Below are positions 8,203 to 17,532 of a stretch of 35,072 bases of DNA, piece after piece; position 1 is the stretch's first letter, and every line of letters starts with the position of its first letter. Under the pieces are notes generated by a model. That model had not been told where the DNA came from, searched no databases, and was given only the letters and a program-made list of their open reading frames with translations. Origin of the DNA: Alphaproteobacteria bacterium (lineage in GTDB: Bacteria > Pseudomonadota > Alphaproteobacteria > UBA9655); NCBI GenBank assembly GCA_035531295.1, contig DATKTE010000294.1, forward strand, positions 1-35,072, in the 5' to 3' direction. The translations under genes were made by a program, and so were the position numbers.

Positions 8203-11040
8203 TTAACCATTTTTCAAAGCTTGACGCAAATCATTTTGTAAGATGATGCGGTTTTCGGCCTTCGTGGTCATTTCAGGTGTGCAAAATTGAAAATTATTTC
8301 TGCCCTTTTCCTTCGCTCTATACATGGCAATTTCTGCACCTTTTATTAAGGATTCAACCTTATTGCCATCTTTAGGATAAAAGCTAATGCCCATACTCGA
8401 CGTTATAAAGAATTCTTTTCCTTCCACTGAGATCTTATTTTCAAGTTTTTTTTGGATTTTTTCTGCAATCTGAATAACATCATTATCTGAATCTATATCA
8501 GGAAGAACAATTATAAATTCATCTCCTCCGACTCTACCAATTAAATCCTGAGGCCGAACGCAACTTTGAAGAATCTTAGAGATTTCGACTAACAGAATAT
8601 CACCGACTTGATGACCCACGGAATCATTAATCATTTTGAATTGATCGAGATCTAGAAAGAGAACTCCTACTTTTTTATGGGTTTTCTTAACTTTTATAAG
8701 CTCATTATGCAGAGACTCCTGAACAAGCTTTCGATTTATTAATCCGGTCAAAGCATCATGCTCTGCCAGATAGAGCATCTGTCCTTCCATATGTTTTCGT
8801 TTTAGAAAAAGACCAAACTGGTTACCTATTGATTCAAACCACGATAATAGACCCTCAGGCTCTTGAAAAATATTTTTGCTAAAAAACTCAATAATGCCGA
8901 GAACCTCATTTTCATAGATAATGGGAAAGCATGTCCCCATCTTTAATCCGGCGGAAGCTGCCTCTTGTTCCCTTAAGATGAGATCATTAAGATCAGTGTG
9001 CCACACAGCTTTCCGATTTTTCCAAACTTTTCCGGGAAAGCCCATTCCGCGCTCAAAAGTAATGCTCAGGGATTTTTTCTTGAATTCATCGATTTGGGTC
9101 GTAGGTGCTTGCCATACGGTTATACAACGTAAAACGTTCGCTTTTGCATCAACAGCCCAGATTGCGCCTATATCCCAATTCAAGCGTTCACAAATAACCT
9201 TTAATATCTGCGTCGTTGCCTCTTGCAAGCTTGTGGATTCAGCTAAAATCAATGATATTGCATATTGTACCTCAAAATATAGTCTTGATCGTTTACGTTC
9301 TGTAATGTCACGTATAATTAAGTAAACAGCAGGTTTATTTTGATAAGTGAATGGACTTGCAACGACCTCTACATCAAGTACACTTTTATCTATCGTTTCA
9401 ATTTTCCCTTCGATGAGAGGGGTCTGTTTCCCTTTGTTTCGTTCTGTCATATATTCTTTAAGAGCTAAACGAGATTCAGGTTTAAAGTAATCAAAAACAG
9501 ATTGATTGAGTAATTGCTCTGGCTTGTGTGCGCCCAATAATTTTAGTCCTGCTGCATTTGCGAATGAGAACTTATCTTCTTGAAGAATGAAGATGGCATC
9601 CGGTGAAATTTCGACGAGTTGACGATGTTGTTCTTCAGAAATTGCAAGATTTTCAAAAGCTTGCGCTAAAGCCATTGATTGCCCAAGTTGCATTCCTAAC
9701 GTTCGTGCAAAGGATAGAGGGTTTTCCCCTATTAAATTAGTAGAGTCTGATCCTAAGAACAGTATGCCAGGGTTTATAGATCCCGAGGTTAAAGGGACGA
9801 TTAATGCCGATTGTACATCTGCTTCTTTCAATAGCCCCTTTGTTTCTTGTATTGGAAGTTCCTTGGAAGGGATAGCAAAAGGTTCTTGATTCTTTAAGAC
9901 CTTATTTAAAAGTTGAATTTTGCCAAAGAATGTCTCCAATTTTTGCCTTTGGTTTTTCTTATAACCAATAATTTGTTGTAATTTGATGTCGTCATCGCCT
10001 TCTTTTATATAAAGGGCACCCTTTGATATTCCAGCCGCATCCAGGAAATAATAAAGAACATCTGCTAAAGTCTCATCAATTTTTTTATTAGATTTCGTTA
10101 AGGTTTCGGCGACGCCGGTAAGTAAATAGAGTTGAGCTGTTTTTATAGCGCTTTGTTGTAAAAGATCAGAACTAGATAAAGTTTGTTGTTCCAATTGTCG
10201 AATAAGTCGGTTGGTATGTTGTTCTTTGATGTCACTTTCAAGTTTGATGCTTATGTTAGGGTTAACAGAATTTATATCTTTTAAACACTTAACCAACTCA
10301 TTAATGAGTATTGTTTCGTCTGGAGTACGTGTCATGTAATGGGTTGCACCTACTTTGTGCGCAAGATCAACATCGGCATCCTCTAGGTAATGAGCGGTTA
10401 GAAGAATCACTGGAATGTTACTCAGTTTCGGCTCTTGTCTTACAGCTAAACATAATCCAAAACCATCTAGAGTTGGCATCAAAATATCGCTGACGATGGC
10501 ATCGGGAGGCGTAACTTTGGCTTTATCAAGAGCGACTTGACCATCGGTTGCTGTTGTAACCTGAAACCCAGCATTTTGGAGTTGCATCCCTAAAAGTTTA
10601 AGTTGTATGGGGTCATCATCCGCAATCAGAATCTGTCGCCCTTCTCCAATAGATGAAGTTGAAGGTACTGAAAGGGGCAAGTGGACTTTTATCGTTTCAA
10701 TTAAGAGTGAAGGTTCAATAGGTTTCATCAAAAATGCTGTAAAGCCATGCTGATTTTGTTGCTCATTTAAGCCTGTTAAAAATCCTGTAAGGGCTAGAAT
10801 CGGGATGTCTTGGATTTCGGGTAAGGCTCTCAATTTTTTATTTAAATCAAATCCATTCATATCCCTCAAAAATAAACCTTGAAATATCAGACTTGGTTTG
10901 TTTGTTTTTGCCATTTTTAGCCCTTCAGATCCATTTCGAGCTTCAATGACAGTATAGTTTTTAGTCGTGGCTAAAGTCGTTCTTAACATTTTTCGTGTGG
11001 CGGGATTGTCTTCAATGATTAATACAACTTGCTTTTTCAT
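8203..11040 (-). CDS. PleD-like response regulator / diguanylate cyclase: REC(degenerate)-REC-GAF-PAS-GAF-GGDEF
   Basis: REC1 has Gly where the acceptor Asp is expected. REC2 has a normal [14 protein letters not shown]. There are two GAF-like segments and a PAS segment ([13 protein letters not shown]...IIRDITERK). The GGDEF domain has an intact GGDEF and an RPQD I-site 5 residues upstream. ATGA start/stop overlap with the upstream response-regulator gene. Confidence 0.85.
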   Translation of the reverse strand: [945 protein letters not shown]

Positions 11041-11429
11041 TGGAATACACCTGATTTACTTTTTTTTAAATAGCTCAGGACTTCATTAGAAAAAGTTTTT
11101 ACATCGATGGGTTTCGTCATGTAGCCATCGCAACCTGCAGCTAGGGCTTTTTCTTTGTCTCGCGTCATAGCATAAGCCGTTAGGGCAATAATAATTATCG
11201 TTTTAAATCGAGCATCGTGTTTAAGTTTTTGTGTAAGCTGAAGACCGTCCATTCCTGGTAGCTGCAAATCCATTAAAATGAGGCGGGGACGAAAATTTTT
11301 TAAAACCTCTATAGCTTCTTCGGCATTTGTTGCCGTCTGAATCTCATATCCTTCAACGGTCAATAATGTTTTCACCAACTTTAGATTGGAAGGGTTATCT
11401 TCAATAATTAAAATCGGCTCCTTTAACAT
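11037..11429 (-). CDS. Single-domain CheY-like response regulator, DivK-like
   Basis: MLKEPILIIEDNPSNLKLVKTLLTVEGYEI...PRLILMDLQLPGMDGLQLTQKLK...ALTAYAMTRDKEKALAAGCDGYMTKPI closely parallels Caulobacter DivK (from memory). I chose ATG 11429, just past the kinase stop and preceded by AGGGAAG, over the track start 11471. Confidence 0.85.
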   Translation of the reverse strand: MLKEPILIIEDNPSNLKLVKTLLTVEGYEIQTATNAEEAIEVLKNFRPRLILMDLQLPGMDGLQLTQKLKHDARFKTIIIIALTAYAMTRDKEKALAAGCDGYMTKPIDVKTFSNEVLSYLKKSKSGVFQ

Positions 11430-11442
11430 CCTATTCTTCCCT

Positions 11443-14400
11443 TCATGTTTTTTTAGCGGGAATAGGGGCAATATGTTTTAACTCCGTAATAAGATGCTCC
11501 ATAGCTCCGCCCCCTTTTTGAATGACTGTATCAACGGAAACTTTAATACGAGCTTTATCCGCATCACTTAAATCCTGGTTCGTACAAATGATGACAGGGG
11601 TGTTTTTCCCCTTTTCCGTACTTCGCAAACGTCTTAAAAATTCTAATCCACCAACATTTGGCATGAGAAGGTCAAGCACGATAACATCGGGAGTGGTTTT
11701 CTCTGCTATTTCTAGCCCATGCTCGGGATCAGTTTCAAAAAAGAGTTTTAAATTTGAATCTTTTAAATATTGTTGAACTAATTTTAAAAATTTAGGGTCA
11801 TCGTCAACAAATAAGACGGATTTTGATTCCTCTGGAAGAACACCAGCTTGTTTAAGCGCCGTCAGTATGTCTTCTGATTGGGTGGGCTTTAGCAAGAAGT
11901 TCTGTACCTTACAGCCGAAACTTGCGGACTTTTGGGGGATGACTGTAACGACAATAGCAGGAGTCTCTTGGTTGATTCCATCATTTCGAATGGACCTCAA
12001 AATATTCCATCCATTCATGTCGGGAAGGAGTAAATCAAGGGTAATGGCATCGAAGTGTTCCACCCGACATAGCTCTATAGCCTTAGCTCCAGTAAAAGCT
12101 GTTTCTATCGCATAACCTGCTGTTGTAAGAGTTTTGGCAATAAGTGCGCTTTCCTTTTTATCGTCCTCGACAATCAGAATCTTAGGCGCATTTTTTTCAA
12201 CGAGTTGAGTGGCCGTCGTTACAACAGGGTTTCTTGCTTTTTCCTTTTCAATCTTATGAGGGACTAAAGGCAGGGTAACAAAGAATGTACTCCCTTTCCC
12301 AGGGGTGCTGCTTACCCCAACCTCTCCGCCCTGAGCTTCGACGATACGCAAAGTAAGAGCAAGCCCAAGGCCCGTTCCCTGATATTTCTTAGCTGCCGTG
12401 GCATTAAGTTGTTGAAATTCTGAGAAGAGTTTGGGTATATCCTTCTTACTGATTCCAATTCCATTATCTTCCACCTCCAAACGAAAATTCTTACGTCCTT
12501 CTGGAACGACCCGAATTTCAACGGTTCCACCTTCGTTCGTAAATTTCAAGGCATTAGAGATATAATTATAGAGAATCTGTTTAAATTTAGCAGGATCAAG
12601 TGTAGCACTCGCAACCTTAGGGTCCACCTTAATTGAAACAGTTATTTTGTTCTTAGCGATTAAGGTTCGAAGAATATCGCAGACTTCACCTATGACTTTA
12701 TCAAAATCAACTTTTTCAGGATGAAATTCCATTTTACCGGATTCAACTTTGGCTAAATCGAGAATATCATTAATCAGTTGAAGGAGGTGACGAGAGCTGG
12801 TTAAGATGTCTCCAAGATACTCTTTATGCTCAGGAGACACAGGCCCCACTTTCCCCAAATGCATCAATTCCGTAAAACCGATGATAGCATTTAGAGGGGT
12901 GCGCAATTCATGAGACATATTCGCTAAAAACTCACTTTTTATCAGCGTGGCTTCTTGTAAAAGACGATTTTGTTCAGCGAGCTCAACATTTTTTGTGCGT
13001 AACCCTGCTTGTCTGTTTTGTTCACTTATATCTTTGGAAATCAACACATAACCTACTGGTTTTCCAAGTTTATCTCGACGTAAAGTGAGGGCCAAGGATG
13101 CAGGAAATCTTTCCCCATTTTTTCTAACGCTTTCTAAAACACCTTCTTCTTTCCCAGTGCTCAGAGCTGCATCAAGGACGGCTTGCAGCCGACCAGATTT
13201 AATATCTTCTGGTGCATGCAAAACCCTGGTATTTTGCTTACCGATCATTTCTTCTGCTGTATAACCATAGTTGAGCCTAGCCCCTTCATTCCAGGCAAGG
13301 ATTTTCCCATCCAAATCTTCAGCGATGATGGAATAAGCGGTTGAACTTTCTAGGATATCATTTAAAAAACTGGTCTTATCCTGTAATTCGCTGTTTTGTT
13401 TTCGGATTTGTTCTTCTAAACGCTTTTGTTCAGTGACGTCTCTGGCAACCGTAAATACCCCACTTAAGTTTCCTCGCGTATCTCTAAAGGTTGTCGCATT
13501 ACAGGACACAAACGTTTCTTTACCATCTTTTGCCTTAATGGTTAGATCGTAATTAATGACTTTTTCAGAAGCCAACACACTCCGGATGCAATCTTCCGCT
13601 CGTTTTGGATCGGTGAAATTTGCACTGAAAGGGGTGCCAATCAGTTCTTCTCGGGTTCGATCTGTAACGATACACATTTGTTTGTTCACATCTGTAATAA
13701 TTCCAATAACATCTGTGATCATGAAAACATCCACACTCGATTCAAGAAGGGAAAGGTTATTATTGAGCTGTTCCTCTAAGGCTTGTCTTTGCTGTTTCAG
13801 GTCCGTAATATCCTTTGAAATTAACACATAGCCAACCGGTTTTTTCTCTGCATCCAGTCTTAACGTAACAGCAACTGATGCATAGAATCGTTCCCCATTT
13901 TTTCGTAAGCGCTCAAACTCGCCTTCTGCGTTACCTGTTTTTAAAGCAAGATCGAGGATTTCTTGAGCTCTACCGGATTTAATGTCTTCTGGTACATGTA
14001 AAATGGATGCATTTTTCTTACCAATCATTTCATCGGCGGTATAATTATAGTTACGTCTAGCGCCTTCATTCCAGGCAATTATATTTCCCTCCAAATCTAG
14101 GGCAATGATAGAATTTGTGGTTGAGCTTTCCAAAAGATCATGAAAAAAATCAGTCGCTTCCTTTAAGGCAATATTTTGCGCGAGAGCTTTTTCTTCTAAG
14201 CGTCTCTGTTCCGTAATATCGTGAGCGGTCGCAAAAATTCCCTTCAATTCACCATTTTTCAAACGAAGCGTCGTTGAATTAAAAGAGACAGGGGTTAGTA
14301 TGCCAGTGCGGGATTTCACGATCAGTTCGTAATTTGTGATACGATTTTCTGAAAGAACTTTTCGTATCGCATCCTCAGCATGTTTGGGATTCGTAAAAAA

Positions 14401-15003
14401 GTTTTTAAAGGGGGCGCCTATTAATTCCTCACGAGAAAACTCTGTAATATCACATGCTTTTTGGTTGACATCGTTGATAATACCCAAAGTATCCGTTGCT
14501 ATCAAAACATCCAGACTCGATTCTATTAAACTACGGTTATATTCTTCAGATTGTTTTATCGATTGTATTTCATTTTGTAGCTCTGGTAGATCGCGTGCTA
14601 TAAATGTGTATCCAGTGGGCTTTCCAGAAGAGTCCATTCTTAAAGTAATTGTGAAAAGAGGTGCTAATCGGCTGCCATCTTTTTTTACACAATTTAATTC
14701 ACCGAACCATAAACCTTGATTTCTAACTTCATCAAAAATTTTTTCGAGTTTTATGGATTCTAAGTCAGCTGTATCTTGGAGAAGAAAAATTTTTTGAGAG
14801 CTAAGAACCTCTCCTGGCTCATAACCAAAAATTCTACGGGCACCTTCGTTCCATGTTAAAATTACTCCGTCAAGATCCGTGGCAATGATTGAATGCTCGG
14901 TTGCGCTCTCTAAAATTGAACGTGTTATATTGAATTTCTTCTTCAAATTTTTATTGGATTTATGAGATATTGGTGAAGATACACCTCTAACTTCGTCATT
15001 CAT
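11443..15003 (-). CDS. Cytoplasmic hybrid sensor histidine kinase: 5 PAS - HisKA - HATPase_c - REC - REC
   Basis: No TM segment. Five PAS modules are arranged A-B-A-B-A. The H-box is EFLANMSHELRTPLNAIIGF and the G-boxes are EDNGIGI...GTGLGLAL. The two C-terminal receivers contain ITLDLLLPDMNG...LLKP and VIVLDLLMPNVGG...IQKG. Confidence 0.9.
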   Translation of the reverse strand: MNDEVRGVSSPISHKSNKNLKKKFNITRSILESATEHSIIATDLDGVILTWNEGARRIFGYEPGEVLSSQKIFLLQDTADLESIKLEKIFDEVRNQGLWFGELNCVKKDGSRLAPLFTITLRMDSSGKPTGYTFIARDLPELQNEIQSIKQSEEYNRSLIESSLDVLIATDTLGIINDVNQKACDITEFSREELIGAPFKNFFTNPKHAEDAIRKVLSENRITNYELIVKSRTGILTPVSFNSTTLRLKNGELKGIFATAHDITEQRRLEEKALAQNIALKEATDFFHDLLESSTTNSIIALDLEGNIIAWNEGARRNYNYTADEMIGKKNASILHVPEDIKSGRAQEILDLALKTGNAEGEFERLRKNGERFYASVAVTLRLDAEKKPVGYVLISKDITDLKQQRQALEEQLNNNLSLLESSVDVFMITDVIGIITDVNKQMCIVTDRTREELIGTPFSANFTDPKRAEDCIRSVLASEKVINYDLTIKAKDGKETFVSCNATTFRDTRGNLSGVFTVARDVTEQKRLEEQIRKQNSELQDKTSFLNDILESSTAYSIIAEDLDGKILAWNEGARLNYGYTAEEMIGKQNTRVLHAPEDIKSGRLQAVLDAALSTGKEEGVLESVRKNGERFPASLALTLRRDKLGKPVGYVLISKDISEQNRQAGLRTKNVELAEQNRLLQEATLIKSEFLANMSHELRTPLNAIIGFTELMHLGKVGPVSPEHKEYLGDILTSSRHLLQLINDILDLAKVESGKMEFHPEKVDFDKVIGEVCDILRTLIAKNKITVSIKVDPKVASATLDPAKFKQILYNYISNALKFTNEGGTVEIRVVPEGRKNFRLEVEDNGIGISKKDIPKLFSEFQQLNATAAKKYQGTGLGLALTLRIVEAQGGEVGVSSTPGKGSTFFVTLPLVPHKIEKEKARNPVVTTATQLVEKNAPKILIVEDDKKESALIAKTLTTAGYAIETAFTGAKAIELCRVEHFDAITLDLLLPDMNGWNILRSIRNDGINQETPAIVVTVIPQKSASFGCKVQNFLLKPTQSEDILTALKQAGVLPEESKSVLFVDDDPKFLKLVQQYLKDSNLKLFFETDPEHGLEIAEKTTPDVIVLDLLMPNVGGLEFLRRLRSTEKGKNTPVIICTNQDLSDADKARIKVSVDTVIQKGGGAMEHLITELKHIAPIPAKKT
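13024..14913 (-). repeat. Intragenic tandem duplication: 780-nt (260-codon) two-PAS unit repeated 2.4 times within the kinase gene
   Basis: The (L/I)(L/I)ESS module starts recur at residues 31, 160, 291, 420 and 551. By eye, type-A modules (WNEGAR...GY...E.IGK) at 291 and 551 are about 70 percent identical, and type-B modules (VN.. C.. T....REELIG.PF..NFT.PK.AED.IR) about 55-60 percent. Identical DNA runs remain, e.g. GCCTTCATTCCAGGCAA on the plus strand at about 13283 and 14063. Confidence 0.8.
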
Positions 15004-15144
15004 AAGCCCATTTTTCCTTAAGTTTACATTTTACCGTCCTTAATAGGCTTTTAAAGTAACAGAAATTTTTTAAGAAAATGATAATGTGAATTATTTTATG
15101 AGCAGTGCTAATCATCCCAATAGCTCAGTTTCAGGCGTTTTTTC

Positions 15145-15927
15145 TTATTGCATAAACCAACCATGACTCACCACCAAGGATTGACCGGTTAGTGCATTTG
15201 AATCAAATGAGGCAAAAAACAAAGCAACATCTGCAACATCAGCGCTCGTTGTAAATTCTCCATCTACCGTATCCTTAAGGAATACTTTCTTAATGACATC
15301 TTCTTCACTAATGCCTAAGTCTTTCGCCTGTTCAGGAATTTGTTTATCGACAAGAGGCGTTCTTACAAACCCTGGGCATATCACGTTAGCACGAACATTG
15401 TGTGCAGCCCCTTCTTTTGCAACGACTTGGCATAGACCTATCAGTCCATGCTTGGCGGTAACGTAGGGTGCTTTTAAAACGGAAGCCTCTTTCGAGTGAA
15501 CAGAGCCCATATAAATGATGCTCCCTCCCTTTCCATTTTTATACATATTTTTTAGACAAGCCTTTGTTGTAAGGAAGGCTCCATCAAGGTGAATGGCCAA
15601 TAATTTTTTCCATTGCTGAAAGGGCACATCTTCGAGAGGAGAAATGAATTGAGTTCCTGCGTTGCTCACAAGAATATCAACCCCCCCATAGGACGATATA
15701 ACTTTCTCTATTGCCCGTTCGACTTGTTCTTCGTTGGTAACATCCATCGAGACAGCCATGGCTTCGTGCTTATTTTTTTGGATCTCTTTGACGGTGAGTT
15801 CAGCTTTATCTTGCTCAATGTCTGCAATCACAACTTTTGCGCCATTTTGCGCAAATTTTTCAGCTATTTCTTTACCAATCCCACTAGCAGCACCGGTTAC
15901 AATGGCAACTTTATCCTTTAGTCCCAT
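15145..15927 (-). CDS. bdhA: 3-hydroxybutyrate dehydrogenase (SDR family)
   Basis: N-terminal [16 protein letters not shown], the NAG, S...YVTAKHG catalytic tetrad pattern, and an HGWFMQ C-terminus resembling the GGWTAQ end typical of BdhA. Confidence 0.75.
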   Translation of the reverse strand: MGLKDKVAIVTGAASGIGKEIAEKFAQNGAKVVIADIEQDKAELTVKEIQKNKHEAMAVSMDVTNEEQVERAIEKVISSYGGVDILVSNAGTQFISPLEDVPFQQWKKLLAIHLDGAFLTTKACLKNMYKNGKGGSIIYMGSVHSKEASVLKAPYVTAKHGLIGLCQVVAKEGAAHNVRANVICPGFVRTPLVDKQIPEQAKDLGISEEDVIKKVFLKDTVDGEFTTSADVADVALFFASFDSNALTGQSLVVSHGWFMQ

Positions 15928-16010
15928 TCTTAATTCTCCATCCTTGTGATAGAAAATATCTTAAAGTATTTTTATTAATTTATGATGAATTTTATAATAT
16001 AAAGAAATTC

Positions 16011-16739
16011 TCAAGCAAAATATTGACCACCATTCAGTGTTAGAGTTGTGCCTGTTATAAACCCAGATTCATCAGAGGCAAGGAAAACAACGGCACGCGC
16101 AACTTCTTCAGGGTTTCCAAGACGCCCAATAGGAATTTGATGCGTAATCTGAGCTAGAGCGGATTCTGGTACATTATCAACCATATCCGTTTTGATGTAT
16201 CCTGGCGCAATAGCATTGACCGTGATGCCTTTGGTAGCACTTTCTACCGCAAGAGCTTTGGTAAAACCGATTATCCCTGCTTTAGCAGCGGAATAATTCG
16301 TTTGGCCAAACTGGCCTTTCTGTCCGTTGATAGAGCTGATGTTAATAATCCGCCCAAAGCCGCGCGCTCGCATAGGCTCAATTAACAATCGGCACATATT
16401 AAAACAGGATGTTAGATTCGTTTGAATCACATCCGCCCACCGGTCATAATCCATTTTATGCAGCACACCATCTCGAGTAATCCCTGCATTATTTACAAGA
16501 ATGTCAATCGGACCATGATCTTTGGCCACCTGAGCAATGCCCCTCTCACAAGCTTGAAAATGACTAACATCCCATTTATAGGTTGGGATTCCTGTGCTTT
16601 TTTTAAAATCCTCTGCTCCCTTCTCGTTACCCTGATACACGGTCGCTACAGTATATCCTGCTTCTTTGAGTTGCTGAGAGATAGCTGCTCCTATGCCCCG
16701 TGTTCCACCTGTCACTAATGCTACTTTTTTCATTGGCAT
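16011..16739 (-). CDS. phbB: Acetoacetyl-CoA reductase (PhaB/PhbB)
   Basis: VALVTGGTRGIGAAI, GRIINISSINGQKGQFGQTNYSAAKAGIIGFTKALA and PGYIKTDM are near-canonical PhaB strings. Start trimmed to ATG 16739 (or 16733); the 31-codon track extension looks non-coding. Confidence 0.85.
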   Translation of the reverse strand: MPMKKVALVTGGTRGIGAAISQQLKEAGYTVATVYQGNEKGAEDFKKSTGIPTYKWDVSHFQACERGIAQVAKDHGPIDILVNNAGITRDGVLHKMDYDRWADVIQTNLTSCFNMCRLLIEPMRARGFGRIINISSINGQKGQFGQTNYSAAKAGIIGFTKALAVESATKGITVNAIAPGYIKTDMVDNVPESALAQITHQIPIGRLGNPEEVARAVVFLASDESGFITGTTLTLNGGQYFA

Positions 16740-16911
16740 ACTCGCTTTTAAAAAGGATTTTTTATTTTTGATACAGTAAGGATGTCCTATAATTATTAAC
16801 AAAATGTTAAAGAAGCACAGAAAACCGGGCATTGAAATTCTCTCATTAACAGTAGAATTTTAATGCAGACCCTTTTAAGATAAAAAAAATTTATTCTAAA
16901 GGACCAAGTGA

Positions 16912-17532
16912 ATGAAATGTGTATGGGTTTTCTTAGGGCTTCTATTGGTGGACAATGCAAGGGCAGAAGTCATGACAGTGACAAACGTAAAGGTATCCGT
17001 CACAGCTGATTCTGCAGCAACGGCTAGAGAGAAAGCGCTCGATAGAGCTCACGATCTTGCTTTTCAAAAACTTTTGGATGAAAGTTTCTTAGAAAACTCT
17101 GGGTCCCTTCCTCCTCATGATGCCGTCATGAATATGGTGTCAGACTTTTCTATTGATCGGGAAAAGACAACTCCTACCAGTTATGCCGCGTCTCTAACCT
17201 TTCAATTTGATAGCCCTCAAGTCCAGGCTTGGCTGCAACAGCAGAGTAACGTCACACCACTAAGTCCACAGACATCTGGTAAAGAAAAACTTTTCATAAT
17301 GAAAGCTTCTTATACCACCCTTTCTGAGTGGCAAAATATTAAAAAAGCTCTTGAGACTTTTCCCGAAGTCAAAAAAGTAACTGTACTTGCCTTCTCTCCC
17401 CGAGATGCCAATGTGGAGATCACCTATGGTGGCAGTATTGAAAAGCTACAACAGAATCTTCTGCAGAAAGGGTATCTCTTTTCTCCAGATGAAAAGGGTT
17501 GGACTATCACATCAAATAAAATGCCCTTGTGA
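16912..17532 (+). CDS. Hypothetical periplasmic protein (possibly DUF2066-like)
   Basis: Signal peptide MKCVWVFLGLLLVDNARA. The mature N-terminus VTNVKVSVTADSAATAREKALDRAHDLAFQKLL resembles the DUF2066 opening pattern. That family assignment is from memory only. Confidence 0.55.
   Translation: MKCVWVFLGLLLVDNARAEVMTVTNVKVSVTADSAATAREKALDRAHDLAFQKLLDESFLENSGSLPPHDAVMNMVSDFSIDREKTTPTSYAASLTFQFDSPQVQAWLQQQSNVTPLSPQTSGKEKLFIMKASYTTLSEWQNIKKALETFPEVKKVTVLAFSPRDANVEITYGGSIEKLQQNLLQKGYLFSPDEKGWTITSNKMPL

Noticed and set aside
8203-8205. Two in-frame TAA codons inside conserved domains (here and at 31163-31165) might indicate TAA reassignment or a recoded genome.
   Set aside because: TAA terminates many genes in this window exactly where homologues end: the OmpA-like gene at 2375, comM at 21461, dolP at 23992, yraN at 24571 and rsmI at 24896. 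The standard code fits, so isolated nonsense mutations or errors are the simpler reading.
16740-16832. Long N-terminal extensions given by the ORF track for phbB (to 16832), the DivK-like response regulator (to 11471), the OmpA-like gene (to 3256), mazE (from 30287) and the bicupin (to 27032).
   Set aside because: Internal ATGs with better SD spacing coincide with where homologues start, and they remove overlaps with the upstream genes.
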